A stretch of DNA of 64,000 nucleotides from an uncultured Methanoregulaceae archaeon (GCA_963841015.1 CAWJAX010000003.1:1-64000); one strand, 5' to 3'; numbered from the stretch's first letter, positions 50,506-61,460 are shown. The notes: generated by a model from the sequence alone, not told the origin. Numbers and translations: made by a program.

Positions 50506-50531
50506 ATGTTTTCTGGTGATATTATCGAAGA

Positions 50532-51503
50532 TCAATGCGCATCAGCAATTGTCACGAACTCTTTAAAGTACCTGCTCTTCTTGAACAGCCACCAGGTGAA
50601 ACGCTCAATCATGGTAAAGTTGAAGGAGCCTCCCGCAGCGTTCGGGTGACCTCCCCCTCCGAATTCCCGTGCAATCAGGTGGCTTACCGGGGGGACTGAA
50701 CGGAGCGAGAACTTACCGTCTTTGCTGATTATCACCTCGATATCGGTCTGCCTTTCTGCGCGGATGAAATGTGCCGTCTCGCTCGGGTAACCATAGAGCG
50801 GGGCAAAGGCAATTCTGTACTTGCTTCCGGTGATGGTCGCGTATCTCAGGCTCTGGTGCATCATCGAGTCCATCTCGGCTTTGATCTCCGCATATTCCTG
50901 TTCGATGAATGCGTCACTGAATATCCCGGCAACGAGGCAGTCCCGCACGTGGTCCCGGTTTTTCTTGCGCTGGAGCACCTGGCCAAGAACTGCTGACCGG
51001 GGATCGGCATGCTTCCAGAGATCATAATCGCAGACAACGCGTGCAACCTCAGCGGCAACTGAGTTTTCCGGTGTAAGATCGCGTGCAACAATTCCACATG
51101 CGCACACTTCGGTATCAATGCGGAGCAAAGTCACCTCCCGGGTGACTTTTTTTATTTCATCCTCACGCCAGCGGTGATGGTCCCGCCATTCTACGTCCCA
51201 TCCATTTGCCCGCGCCTTTCCTGCAATTGTTTCAGTATCCTTCTGATAGCCGAGATCCGAAATAGAGAGCAGATCTCCTTTCCCTTTACAGGATGCAACC
51301 AGGGAAAACAACCTGGCAAATTTTCCCACCGAACTCCAGATGGTGAACACATCATCACTGCCGTATTTTATGCGGTGGATCGCATCTGCTCCAACGGCAT
51401 CCAAATCATTGTGTGTAAGGTGAACAATATGGGCTGAACGGTTTTTAACCGCGTTTACAAGACCGGAGTCTTCACCATTGGCACTCTTATCCGGGAGCGG
51501 CAT
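50532..51503 (-). CDS. DHH/DHHA1-family phosphoesterase
   Basis: THNDLDA, ISDL, RDHH, GGGGHPNAAG. Confidence 0.92.
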   Translation of the reverse strand: MPLPDKSANGEDSGLVNAVKNRSAHIVHLTHNDLDAVGADAIHRIKYGSDDVFTIWSSVGKFARLFSLVASCKGKGDLLSISDLGYQKDTETIAGKARANGWDVEWRDHHRWREDEIKKVTREVTLLRIDTEVCACGIVARDLTPENSVAAEVARVVCDYDLWKHADPRSAVLGQVLQRKKNRDHVRDCLVAGIFSDAFIEQEYAEIKAEMDSMMHQSLRYATITGSKYRIAFAPLYGYPSETAHFIRAERQTDIEVIISKDGKFSLRSVPPVSHLIAREFGGGGHPNAAGGSFNFTMIERFTWWLFKKSRYFKEFVTIADAH

Positions 51504-51610
51504 CTGTTAATACTGTCATTGCAGCATATAAAAAAGAACGGTCACGTAATTTTCTGTGAGGGATACTTGCATATCATTTATTAGTCACCAGCGACAACAA
51601 TTGTACTCCT

Positions 51611-51684
51611 GCCCTAGTAGCTCAGCTTGGGAGAGCGCCAGACTGAAGATCTGGTTGTCGCCTGTTCAAATCAGGCCTGGGGCA
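51611..51684 (+). tRNA. tRNA-Phe(GAA)
   Basis: GCCCTAG...CTGGGGC-A, anticodon arm CCAGA-CT GAA GA-TCTGG; T-rich tail downstream. Confidence 0.96.
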
Positions 51685-51763
51685 CTTTTGATTTTCATAT
51701 TTTTTTCTTTCTGACAAAATGCGTCAGTGCTGCACCATAAATCGATCACTCTTGCAGAATTTT

Positions 51764-51791
51764 TGCACCACTTGCCATAACTTCTGGTGCA
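51764..51791. promoter_or_regulatory. Putative operator TGCACCA-N14-TGGTGCA
   Basis: Perfect 7-bp inverted repeat; extra half-sites at 51731 and 51852. Confidence 0.55.
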
Positions 51792-51857
51792 TTTTTGGAA
51801 AGGAATAAGTCCTTTCCTCTCAATTTTCTAGTATATACGTCTGGGAGAGCGTGGTGC

Positions 51858-53753
51858 ATGAGCGGTGAGTACGAACGGGCATTCCGGGAATCTGTTTCTG
51901 ATCCGGAACGTTTCTGGGGAGCGGCTGCAGAAAAAGTCCACTGGTACAGAACCTGTGACCGGGTGCTTACGAGCGAAAAACCGCCATTTTACCGCTGGTT
52001 TGAAGGAGGGATTGTCAATTCATGTTACAATGCCCTGGATTATCATGTCGAAAACGGGCTAAAAAACAATATTGCCCTGATCTATGACAGCCCGGTTACA
52101 AAAACCGTAAAACGTTATACTTATGGTGAACTTCGGGACCTTGTGGCACGATGCGCAGGGGGGCTACAGCAGCTTGGAGTCGGGAAAGGTGACCGTGTTG
52201 TTATCTACATGCCCATGATCCCCGAAGCGGTAATCGCGATGCTTGCCTGTGCACGCATCGGGGCTATTCACTCGGTGGTCTTCGGGGGTTTTGCGGCACG
52301 GGAACTTGCCACCCGCATCGAGGACGCAAAACCTCATGTTGTCATATCCGCGTCATGCGGGATCGAAGTCAACCGTATCATTCAGTACCAGCCACTCCTG
52401 GAGTCTGCTATCGATATGTGCATCTTCAAACCCACATTCTGCGTAATTGTGCAACGACCTGAAGCACCCGCGATTCTCCGTGATGGCAGGGATATTCTGT
52501 GGGATAAACTTCTGGATGCCGATCCGGTTGCGTGCATTCCCGTGCATGCGACCGATCCGCTCTATCTCCTGTATACTTCCGGTACCACGGGGAAACCTAA
52601 AGGAGTAGTGCGGGATAATGGGGGGCATCTCGTTGCGCTGACCTGGACAATGAAAAATATTTATGATATACGTCCCGGCGAAGTTTATTGGGCAGCATCC
52701 GATATCGGCTGGGTAGTCGGGCATTCTTATATCGTGTACGGACCCCTGTTTTACGGATGTACCACCATCCTCTATGAAGGAAAATCTGTTGGTACTCCGG
52801 ATGCCGGTGCATTCTGGCGGGTCATTGCGGAGCATGGTGTTTCTGTGCTTTTTTGTGCCCCTACGGCATTTCGTGCTATCCGGAAGGAGGATCCCGAAGG
52901 TGAGAAGATCCGGGCCTATGATCTCAAAACATTCCGGATGCTTTTTCTGGCAGGCGAACGGTGTGATCCTGACACCCTGATCTGGGCACAACAGCAACTG
53001 AAGATTCCGGTTATCGATCACTGGTGGCAGACAGAGACCGGGTGGGCTATTGGTGCGAACTGTGTCGGCCTTGAACTGCTTCCCGTCAGGCCCGGTTCAT
53101 GTACAAAGCCGGTTCCGGGATTCGATATCCGTGTTCTTGATGCCCAGGGAAAAGATGTTCCCGCAGGAGAAACCGGAAATATTGTGGTCAGGCTACCCCT
53201 TCCCCCGGGATGTTTCACCACACTCTGGCAAAATGAGCTGGATTTTGTCAAGACCTATTTTTCAGCGTATCCCGGGTATTACCTGACCTCTGATGCCGGG
53301 TATATCGATACTGAGGGTTACCTCTGGATTATGGGCAGGACTGATGACATCATTAATATTGCCGGGCACCGGCTCTCCACTGGTGCAATGGAGGAGGTGC
53401 TGGCATCGCACCCGGATGTTGCGGAATGTGCAGTTGCCGGGGTGTATGATCCGGTAAAAGGAGAAGTACCCCTGGGCTTTGTCGTCCTGAAGGCCGGGGT
53501 AAATAAAAACCCGGACATCATCAGGGCTGAACTTATTGCTCTTGTACGGCAAAAAATCGGCCCGATTGCGTCATTCAAAGCAGCAGCAGTAGTAAACCGG
53601 TTACCCAAAACACGATCCGGCAAGATCCTGCGGGGTACTATTAAAAAAATCGCAGATGGTGTTTCCTATACGGTTCCTGCCACCATTGATGATCCGGCAA
53701 TTCTGGATGAGATAAAAGTAACATTAAAAGAGATGGGATATCCGAAAACCTGA
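51858..53753 (+). CDS. Propionate/acetate--CoA ligase (AMP-forming, PrpE-like)
   Basis: YTSGTTGKPKG.VRD, DHWWQTETG, LPKTRSGKI. Confidence 0.93.
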   Translation: MSGEYERAFRESVSDPERFWGAAAEKVHWYRTCDRVLTSEKPPFYRWFEGGIVNSCYNALDYHVENGLKNNIALIYDSPVTKTVKRYTYGELRDLVARCAGGLQQLGVGKGDRVVIYMPMIPEAVIAMLACARIGAIHSVVFGGFAARELATRIEDAKPHVVISASCGIEVNRIIQYQPLLESAIDMCIFKPTFCVIVQRPEAPAILRDGRDILWDKLLDADPVACIPVHATDPLYLLYTSGTTGKPKGVVRDNGGHLVALTWTMKNIYDIRPGEVYWAASDIGWVVGHSYIVYGPLFYGCTTILYEGKSVGTPDAGAFWRVIAEHGVSVLFCAPTAFRAIRKEDPEGEKIRAYDLKTFRMLFLAGERCDPDTLIWAQQQLKIPVIDHWWQTETGWAIGANCVGLELLPVRPGSCTKPVPGFDIRVLDAQGKDVPAGETGNIVVRLPLPPGCFTTLWQNELDFVKTYFSAYPGYYLTSDAGYIDTEGYLWIMGRTDDIINIAGHRLSTGAMEEVLASHPDVAECAVAGVYDPVKGEVPLGFVVLKAGVNKNPDIIRAELIALVRQKIGPIASFKAAAVVNRLPKTRSGKILRGTIKKIADGVSYTVPATIDDPAILDEIKVTLKEMGYPKT

Positions 53754-53789
53754 ACGTCGAAATGTATTGATAAAGGAATTATCAGGAAA

Positions 53790-53849
53790 AACCAACGGTT
53801 ATTCATCATGTTTGCTGAGTCCGCGACTCATGTACGGTTCTCCAGAGTC
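53790..53849 (+). repeat. Tail fragment of module B with TIR
   Basis: gactcat...TTCTCCAGAGTC (11/12 match to the TIR). Confidence 0.45.
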
Positions 53850-53981
53850 TTTGTTGTTCATTAACCCAGGAAAGATAAATGCCTGAAAATTACGGCCTGC
53901 GACACTAATCTCAGTATTTTACCCTGAACTTTTGCAATCACGTTGATATAGTGCCAAGGCAATAGCACTGATGTGAATACC

Positions 53982-54380
53982 ATGTCGGCTGAACAGATGT
54001 TAACTGAAACGGCCTCACAACTTAAGGGATTCCTTTCAACAGATAATGTGATAGGTACACCCATGGATTTTGGCGAGAAAGTTGTGATCCCGGTAGCGAG
54101 GTTTGGTTTTGGGTTTGGTACCGGAAGCGGCGGGGGAAAAGAAGGCAGCGGCCAGGGAGCGGGTGCAGGCGGGGGCCTTGATCCCGTTGCCCTCATCATT
54201 CTCCACAAGGATGTCAAAGGCCCCGAGGGCGTTCAGGTAATGTCTCTTAAAAAGGACAGCGCGATAGCCCAAATCATTTCGGCATTGAGCGAAACGATTG
54301 CTCCCCAAGTCATTGACGCAATCAAATCCATGAACCAGAACAAGGCACAGGATTCTCCGGCAAAAAAAGAAGATCTCTGA
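53982..54380 (+). CDS. YtfJ/GerW-family protein
   Basis: VIGTP...VIPVA.FGFGFG.G...GAGGG..PVA. Confidence 0.9.
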   Translation: MSAEQMLTETASQLKGFLSTDNVIGTPMDFGEKVVIPVARFGFGFGTGSGGGKEGSGQGAGAGGGLDPVALIILHKDVKGPEGVQVMSLKKDSAIAQIISALSETIAPQVIDAIKSMNQNKAQDSPAKKEDL

Positions 54381-54402
54381 TCCTTACCTCACCATTTTTT
54401 TT

Positions 54403-55077
54403 ATGGATACACTCCTCATCCCCGCATTTATCATTGCATGCTTAATCCTTTTCTGTGAATGTAGTGCAGTTCTTCTCTATGTGATCCCGGTGCGCTTTGT
54501 TCTGCGGTTGTTTCATACGGAAGGGCACGATGAACAATCGGTCCTGGTTTCCTGGGGATTGATTGGATTATGGATCACCAATGATACCCATCAGCAAAAA
54601 ATAACGATTTACCTCGGACGTCGAAATATCCTCTGCCGCCCGATTGAACGTGGACCAAAGAAGGGTGATGAGAAAAAAATACCCCTATTGGCAGATTTCC
54701 GATCCGGTGAGCGGTATTTTGCCCTTTTTTCCGGGATGATAAAACCGGCCGGAAGATTTGTATCGGTCCTATGGCACGAATGCAGGTTTGAGAATTGTAC
54801 CGGAAATATCCGGATCGGTACGAAAGATCCGGTTGCGACCGGCATCCTGTATGGCGGGTACTGGGCCACCCGCTCCGGGCTTCAGGCCGCCCGTATTTTT
54901 ATCGAAATGAAACCGGAGTTCACTCATGAGGTATTCGAGATGGACGTGGCAATCCGCGTCCGGATCAATCATCCCCTCCGTATCATAATTGCTGGAATCC
55001 GGTTGATGAGAAACCGTGCTGTCCGGGACACGATGAATCCTGAAAAATCCCATCCTGGTGGTGCGGTAAAAGTATGA
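54403..55077 (+). CDS. DUF2953-family protein
   Basis: IG..DPVATGILYG...PEF motif; N-terminal TM helix; next to ytfJ. Confidence 0.8.
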   Translation: MDTLLIPAFIIACLILFCECSAVLLYVIPVRFVLRLFHTEGHDEQSVLVSWGLIGLWITNDTHQQKITIYLGRRNILCRPIERGPKKGDEKKIPLLADFRSGERYFALFSGMIKPAGRFVSVLWHECRFENCTGNIRIGTKDPVATGILYGGYWATRSGLQAARIFIEMKPEFTHEVFEMDVAIRVRINHPLRIIIAGIRLMRNRAVRDTMNPEKSHPGGAVKV

Positions 55078-55280
55078 CAGCAGATATCAGGATGCTGGAA
55101 GCGGTAACCTGCGGTGAACGCATAATTGTTGCGCTCGTTCGTCATACACAGGTCTTGTCTGACCAGGGTATTGTTATGATGGCAAACCCTGTTGCGTTAC
55201 TTATTTCTGAGGCAGGGAAGTGGATGTTTTTCCCGCTTGAAGAGAAGACAGGGCCTGACATTCTTTCAAACTTTTCCTGA
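55074..55280 (+). CDS. Small YtfJ-like protein
   Basis: 68 aa, I.ALV...PVALLI; overlaps the upstream stop (ATGA). Confidence 0.6.
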   Translation: MTADIRMLEAVTCGERIIVALVRHTQVLSDQGIVMMANPVALLISEAGKWMFFPLEEKTGPDILSNFS

Positions 55281-55416
55281 ACGAATGAATTTTTAATTAT
55301 TTATAAATTATATTTTATATAAATTAATCCGGTAGCGATACAAAACAATATTTTTTTATAATGTTAATTGCTGTAATTTAATATGATATGCTATAACATA
55401 GCATAGCAGGTATACC

Positions 55417-56733
55417 ATGAAGTACACAGCCCTTTTCATAGCATTAATGCTTATTACAGCATTCTTTGCCGGATGCACCCAGCAGGCTCAGGCTCCGGCA
55501 CAGCCAAAGGAGATCAAGATTGGTGCAATTGTATCCATGACCGGTCCGAACAGCAATATTGGAAAAAACATGTGGCAGTCAGCAGTTCTTGCGACTGAGG
55601 AGATAAATGCAAACGGCGGGATTTTTGTCAAACAATACAATGCAAAAATACCCATTAAACTCGTACAGGGAGATGACGAGTCCACGCGTGAAGGTGGCCA
55701 GAAAGCGGCAACCAAGCTCATCACCGATGACAAGGTCGATATTCTTGTCGGTGGGTATTCCAGCGCTGTAACGTCTGCCTATGAACAGACCGTTGCAGAG
55801 TTCAAAGTTCCGTATATTGTGACCGGTGCATCGAGCCCGATTATTACCCACAGGACGGATATTGATACAAGTTATGTCTTCCACCACTGCCCGACAACGG
55901 ACGCGTATGGGATGTATACTACCAACTTCATTGACCAGGTAATTCGCCCGGCAGTCAACAAGAAATTTAATTTCGGTGCTGACCGCCCGTTCCGTCTTGC
56001 CCTGCTGTACCAGGATACAGGTTTTGGGATTGGTGTGAAGACCGCGGTAAATGACACGATTGTCAAGAATAATTTAAACATCCAGCTGGTCTCCCAGCAG
56101 AGTTACAAGATGGGAGAGAGCGATTTCAGGACTGTGTTGACCAACATCAAGGCAACGAATCCTGATGCAGTCTACCTGGCAGCAGCGCCCAACGAGGGAG
56201 CCCAGATCATTCCCCAGGCAAGGAGAGATGTGGGGCTCAACACGATCTTCCTTAATGTTGAGAACAACGACGCTCCGGAATTTTATAAGGGGATCGGGCA
56301 GTACGGTGAATATGCCATTATCGAGAGCCGGTTCTCTCCCTACGTCACACCCACTGGCGTCCTGTCCAGTGCCCAGACCTCATTCAAGAACAACTACTAC
56401 ACTAAATGGGGTGCATATCCCGATATGATGGGTGCCTCGACGTATGATGGTACCTATATTGCTGCAAAAGCGATTGAAAATGCCGGGACCCTTAATAAGC
56501 CAGATATCCGGCAGGCTCTTGTAGACCTCAAGATGCCGCAGGTAGTCGAATACATGAAAGACGCAACCATCTCGTTTTCCAAGGATTTCCGTGAATCCCA
56601 GTTTGATCTCTGGATGGAGCAGCTGTATTATAATGCAACTATCGGCGAGACCCGGCCAACTGTGGTCTGGCCCGACAACATAAAAACAAAGGATTTCGTC
56701 CTCCCCGACTGGTATAAGCCTGGGAGTCCATAA
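55417..56733 (+). CDS. Branched-chain amino acid-type ABC substrate-binding lipoprotein
   Basis: Lipobox FAGC, IKIGAIVSMTG, EINANGG, GGYSS. Confidence 0.92.
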   Translation: MKYTALFIALMLITAFFAGCTQQAQAPAQPKEIKIGAIVSMTGPNSNIGKNMWQSAVLATEEINANGGIFVKQYNAKIPIKLVQGDDESTREGGQKAATKLITDDKVDILVGGYSSAVTSAYEQTVAEFKVPYIVTGASSPIITHRTDIDTSYVFHHCPTTDAYGMYTTNFIDQVIRPAVNKKFNFGADRPFRLALLYQDTGFGIGVKTAVNDTIVKNNLNIQLVSQQSYKMGESDFRTVLTNIKATNPDAVYLAAAPNEGAQIIPQARRDVGLNTIFLNVENNDAPEFYKGIGQYGEYAIIESRFSPYVTPTGVLSSAQTSFKNNYYTKWGAYPDMMGASTYDGTYIAAKAIENAGTLNKPDIRQALVDLKMPQVVEYMKDATISFSKDFRESQFDLWMEQLYYNATIGETRPTVVWPDNIKTKDFVLPDWYKPGSP

Positions 56734-56785
56734 CAAATAATAATTCTTTTTATAACAGCCCGGCGAATAAGGAACTGATTACTGC

Positions 56786-57664
56786 ATGTACGATCCTGGG
56801 ACCCTGTTACAGATTATTTTCTGGGGACTGTATGCCGGCTGCATCTACATCCTGCTGGCAACCGGGCTCAACCTGATCTTCGGGGTCATGAAAATTGTCA
56901 ACTTCGCGCATGGCGAATTTCTCATGATTGGTGCCTATATCACGGCAACCATCTTTTTCCTCACCGGTTTCAATCCCTATGCAATTATCCTGGTGTCCAT
57001 GCTCGCGCTGGTCGGCATCGGTGCAGTGGTGGAACGCTTATGTTTCCGGCCTATCCTTGGCACGAGCAAACTCAATGAAATATTTCTCTCCATAGGTCTC
57101 ATCTATATTTTTACCAATAGTGCTGCGATGATCTGGGGAGACGAGTGGCAGAGCATCAAAAGTCCTTATGCAGGTATAACAGTTCCCATCGGTTCACTCA
57201 ATGTACCGCTTGATTATATTATTATCATCATTACGACGGCGGCCATTCTCTGCGGGCTCTACGTGTTTTTGAAAAAGACGAAAACCGGGCGGGAGATGCG
57301 GGCGACGAGCCAGAACCGGAAAGGAGCAATGCTTGTCGGTATCAATGTCGAGCGGATGGATATCCTGAGTTTTGGTATCGGGTGTGCCCTTGCTGCTGCA
57401 GCCGGGACCCTCTGGGTGGTAAGCGGGCAGGTATTCAATCCTTACATGGGGTCGATACCTGCAGTAAAGGCATTTGCAATCATTATTCTTGGCGGACTGG
57501 GGAGCATTCCGGGTGCGATTATAGGGGGGCTAATCTACGGAATCGCAGAGAATGGTGCTGCTTATTTCCTGGGGGGTGTCTGGAAGGACGCGATCTCGTT
57601 TATTATCCTGATTGTAGTCCTTGTTCTCAGGCCTACCGGTCTCTTTGGCGAGGAGAGTGAGTGA
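56786..57664 (+). CDS. LivH-like ABC permease
   Basis: GLNLIFGVMKIVNFAHGE, GGLGSIPGA. Confidence 0.93.
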   Translation: MYDPGTLLQIIFWGLYAGCIYILLATGLNLIFGVMKIVNFAHGEFLMIGAYITATIFFLTGFNPYAIILVSMLALVGIGAVVERLCFRPILGTSKLNEIFLSIGLIYIFTNSAAMIWGDEWQSIKSPYAGITVPIGSLNVPLDYIIIIITTAAILCGLYVFLKKTKTGREMRATSQNRKGAMLVGINVERMDILSFGIGCALAAAAGTLWVVSGQVFNPYMGSIPAVKAFAIIILGGLGSIPGAIIGGLIYGIAENGAAYFLGGVWKDAISFIILIVVLVLRPTGLFGEESE

Positions 57665-58659
57665 GCATTATGAAATTTAATCGGGCTGATATTACCCGGT
57701 ACGGGACTATTGCCGTACTTGCCATTGCTGCCGTTGCCCCGTTCCTGTTAGACAGCCGGTACATCCTAAACCTCCTCTGCCTGATGCTGATCTTTATCAT
57801 CTTTGCTTCGGCATGGAACCTGCTTGCCTATTCCGGCCAGGGCTCACTTGGCCATGCTGCATTCCTTGGCATCGGGGCATATGCTTCAACCATTATAGCG
57901 ACAAAAAGCGGCATTACTCCCTATATTACGATCTTCCTTGGCGCTGCTGTGGCTGCCTTAATCGGGATCCTGATCGGGCTTACCTGTGTCCGGCTCAAGG
58001 AATGGTTCCTTGCCATGGTCACGTTCGGGTTTGCAATCATTGTCCAGACCGTTGCAGTGAGTATCCTTACCCCGGTTACCGGTGGCTGGGACGGGATTGC
58101 ATCTCCCCGCCTCGTGAGCCCGGACATACCCTATTACCAGCTGATAGAATATTACTCGATCCTGCTGATCACCATTGCATCAATTGTGTTTATCTGGTAT
58201 ATCCTGAGATCCAGGATCGGTCTTGCATTTGCTGCAATCCGTGAAAACGAGATCGAGGCTCGTGCAGCAGGGGTCGATCCCGTACGCTACCGTCTCCTTG
58301 CGTTTGGATTAAGCGCCTACCTCGCCGGCGTTGCCGGGGCTCTTGAGATCGCACACATCGGGTACATCACGCCGGAAATATTCGGGGTCGATCTCTCGTT
58401 CTGGCCAGTGACGTATGTCATACTGGGTGGCCTGTGCACCCTTGCCGGACCAATTATCGGTACCGTCGTCCTCACCATTATCTGGGAAGGGCTGAAAATG
58501 GCCGGGCTTACGTTTGGCCGCTATGTCATTGTCGGGGTGCTCCTGATCCTGGTGATCATATTCCTGCCAAAAGGGCTTGTGGACCTTCCCAACCAGGTTC
58601 ACAAATGGTGGAAGCAGTATAAAAAATCAAAACCTGACACGGCTGTTGTGCAGGAATAA
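57661..58659 (+). CDS. LivM-like ABC permease
   Basis: WNLL..SGQ.SLGHA, AIRENE, FLPKGL. Confidence 0.92.
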   Translation: MSIMKFNRADITRYGTIAVLAIAAVAPFLLDSRYILNLLCLMLIFIIFASAWNLLAYSGQGSLGHAAFLGIGAYASTIIATKSGITPYITIFLGAAVAALIGILIGLTCVRLKEWFLAMVTFGFAIIVQTVAVSILTPVTGGWDGIASPRLVSPDIPYYQLIEYYSILLITIASIVFIWYILRSRIGLAFAAIRENEIEARAAGVDPVRYRLLAFGLSAYLAGVAGALEIAHIGYITPEIFGVDLSFWPVTYVILGGLCTLAGPIIGTVVLTIIWEGLKMAGLTFGRYVIVGVLLILVIIFLPKGLVDLPNQVHKWWKQYKKSKPDTAVVQE

Positions 58660-58714
58660 TTAATAAGTTCCTTTACATCGCTTTTTAATAAAGATAACAA
58701 TCCAGATGATGTTT

Positions 58715-59410
58715 TTAAAATCCCAGATAAGCTTTCTGGATATGCGGGTCGTGCATGAGCTCTTTTGCCTTTCCCTCTTTTATGATTCTCCCGTTTTCAA
58801 GAACATAGCCCCGATGGCACATGTTGAGCGCATGCCGGACATTCTGCTCAAGAAGTAAAACCGTGATCCCTTCACGACCGAGCTGTTCGAGTGACCTGAA
58901 TACCTGGCCAACAAGCAGCGGGGAAAGCCCGGTTGAGGGTTCATCGAGAATGAGCAGTTTGGGGTTGGACATGAGAGCCCGGCCAATGGTCAGCATCTGC
59001 TGTTCCCCTCCGCTTAGTGTACCTGCCATCTGTCGCTCCCGCTCCTGCAGGATGGGAAAGAGTGAATAGACATGCTTAAGAGCGGCAGAATAGTCAGTAT
59101 CATCCCGTGCACCGAGTAAGAGGTTTTCAACCACGGGCATTTTTGGGAAGATCTCGCGTTTTTCAGGCACTAGAGCAAGACCTTTATCGAAGAGATCATA
59201 CGGGTGCATCCCCAGAATATTTTCTCCAAGAAAGGTAATGGATCCGGTGGCCTTTTTGTTCAAACCAACAATTGTCTCCACGGTTGTAGTTTTCCCGGCA
59301 CCGTTTGGCCCGATAAGGGTGACCAGTTCCCCCTTGTTGACATGAAGCGAGAGATCCCAGACGACCTGGAGGTTTGCGTGAAATACATTCAGCCCCGAAA
59401 CTGACAGCAT
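58715..59410 (-). CDS. LivF-like ABC ATPase
   Basis: GPNGAGKT, LSGGEQQM, LDEPS, LEQN; start could be up to 59443. Confidence 0.93.
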   Translation of the reverse strand: MLSVSGLNVFHANLQVVWDLSLHVNKGELVTLIGPNGAGKTTTVETIVGLNKKATGSITFLGENILGMHPYDLFDKGLALVPEKREIFPKMPVVENLLLGARDDTDYSAALKHVYSLFPILQERERQMAGTLSGGEQQMLTIGRALMSNPKLLILDEPSTGLSPLLVGQVFRSLEQLGREGITVLLLEQNVRHALNMCHRGYVLENGRIIKEGKAKELMHDPHIQKAYLGF

Positions 59411-59423
59411 AGGGGTGGAATTT

Positions 59424-60152
59424 TCAGAATGCATGCATGTCACCGAGATAGGTATCGATCACTTTCTGGTTGTTTACCACTTCATACGGGTGCCCTTCTG
59501 CTATCTTCTCACCGTGATCCAGCACAACAATGCGGTTCGACACACCCATGATGACACTCATTACGTGCTCGATGATCAGAATAGAAACACCATTATCACG
59601 GATTTTTTTGATAAGATCAACTGCCTCGTTACTCTCCTTCGGGTTAAGACCGGTAGTGAGCTCATCCAGCAGGAGCAATTTTGGTTTTGAGGCAAGCGCC
59701 CGGGCAAGTTGCACCTTTTTTAATTCAACCACATTTAAATTTTTAATAATTGTTTCCCGTTTTTCCTGAGGGAAACTTACAAAATCAAGTATCTTTATCG
59801 CATCAGTTTTTGCCTCCCCCATGCTGATCTTCCGGGGGTTACCAAATAATGCACCAATCATCGTGCATTCGAGGGCGGTAAGTCCGGGAAAGGATTCTGC
59901 GATCTGGAATGTTTTTGCGATTCCTTTCCTGCAGATCTGGTGGGCTTTGAGCCCGGTGATATCTTCACCGAAAAAGGTTATTGTTCCCCTTGTTGGGACA
60001 CTGATGCCGGAAATCATATTGAGGAGGGTGGTTTTTCCCGCACCGTTCGGGCCGACGAGTCCGACGATTTCATTGTCCCCTAAAAAGAGATCTACGCCGT
60101 TAACGGCACAGAGGCCCCCGATTTGCTTGGTCAGATCCTTGGTAGTGAGCAT
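59424..60152 (-). CDS. LivG-like ABC ATPase
   Basis: GPNGAGKT, TFQ, LLLLDE, IEH, YLG. Confidence 0.92.
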   Translation of the reverse strand: MLTTKDLTKQIGGLCAVNGVDLFLGDNEIVGLVGPNGAGKTTLLNMISGISVPTRGTITFFGEDITGLKAHQICRKGIAKTFQIAESFPGLTALECTMIGALFGNPRKISMGEAKTDAIKILDFVSFPQEKRETIIKNLNVVELKKVQLARALASKPKLLLLDELTTGLNPKESNEAVDLIKKIRDNGVSILIIEHVMSVIMGVSNRIVVLDHGEKIAEGHPYEVVNNQKVIDTYLGDMHAF

Positions 60153-60391
60153 AGGAACACGTTGCTGGCAATTATCATGCTAAAATTAGCACGGAGCAGT
60201 CTTAAAGATAATGATAATTTCTCTCAAGAATTATTATAAGATTGGTGAGTGGAGACCAATTTATGAAAAGCAGAGAAGTTACTTTTTAAAAATCAGGAGA
60301 ATATTTGCTACATATTCTTATTATAAGAGGACTTACGGGCAAGAATAAATGTTGAAAATCTGCCGGGATTTTCACACTCTTTTGTTATTTA

Positions 60392-61460
60392 TTAGGTATT
60401 TCGGGCATCTTTTGGCAGGTGAAGAGTAAATGTGCTTCCGACATTCACGGTACTCTCCACGGTGATATCCCCCCCATGCATCTGCATGATCTTTTTTGTT
60501 ATCGAAAGCGAGAGCCCGATACGATCATACCTGCGGGACAGTTTTGCTGCATCTGCAAGTTGGAACGGTTCAAAAATTGATGAAAATGCACTTTCAGAAA
60601 TCCCTGCCCCATTATCCCTGACAGAAATATGGTGGTATCCGTCATCGATTTCTGAATGGTAAAAAATGGTGATTTCACGGGGTGGTTTAGAGAAATTAAT
60701 CGCATTTGACAGAAGGGAATCAAAAACGCCAAAAAGCCGGTCCATATCTGCAGTGATGCTCAGGGTATCAGGAATATCCATGGTTATCTCAGCTTTTGAG
60801 AAATATCCGTTGATGTCCAGCACACTCTTAACCAGTATTATGAGGGGGAATTTCGAGTAGTTCAGACGAAGCCTCCCGCTTTCGAGTACCCGAGAGCTCA
60901 AGCATCTGGTTAATAATCTGGCGCTCCCGCTCTACGCTCACCAGGCAACGCTCGAGAATCTTTTTTGTATCATCAGTTATGCCGAATCCCTTTGGGTCCT
61001 GAACAAGCAGGTTAAGGTAACCAAGGATTGGCTGGAGTGGTGTGCGCAGCTCGTGAGCGACCGTAATGATAATCCCCCGGCGCCTTTCATTGTCAAGCTG
61101 TATCTTATCTTCAAACCGCTGTTTTTCTGAAATGTCTACCAGATTTATAAGGATAGCCGGTTCGGTACGATGCATGATCGGCATTGTTAAGAGTAAAGCC
61201 ACCCGTGCCTTTCCGGATTTTGTGACAAACCGGAACTCACCCTGTTCTGCTATCGGAGTCACATTTGCCCGGTGTTTCGCAAACTTTGTAAATTCTTCAT
61301 GATCTGATTGATTAACAAAGGAAATGAGATCTTTTCCGATAATCTCCTTTTCATTATACCCGGAAAAAAAGGAAAATGCCGGGTTTGTATAGAGGATACT
61401 ACCATTCCTGACAACCAGTATACTGGTTGGCGAATGTTCGGCGAGTTCGCGATAGTCCAT
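60392..61460 (-). CDS. Soluble PAS histidine kinase (frameshift at ~60890)
   Basis: PAS and AHELRTPL in one frame, HATPase (SNAINF, DNGAGI) in the next; paralog of 9631-11433. Confidence 0.85.

Noticed and set aside
18420-60892. Six single-base frameshifts (~18423, ~18703, ~27810, ~33433, ~35324, ~60890) as programmed frameshifting or phase variation
   Set aside because: No slippery heptamers or long homopolymers. Four are one-base extensions of 2-3 nt runs in otherwise intact, unrelated genes, which best fits sequencing or assembly error. Needs a read check.
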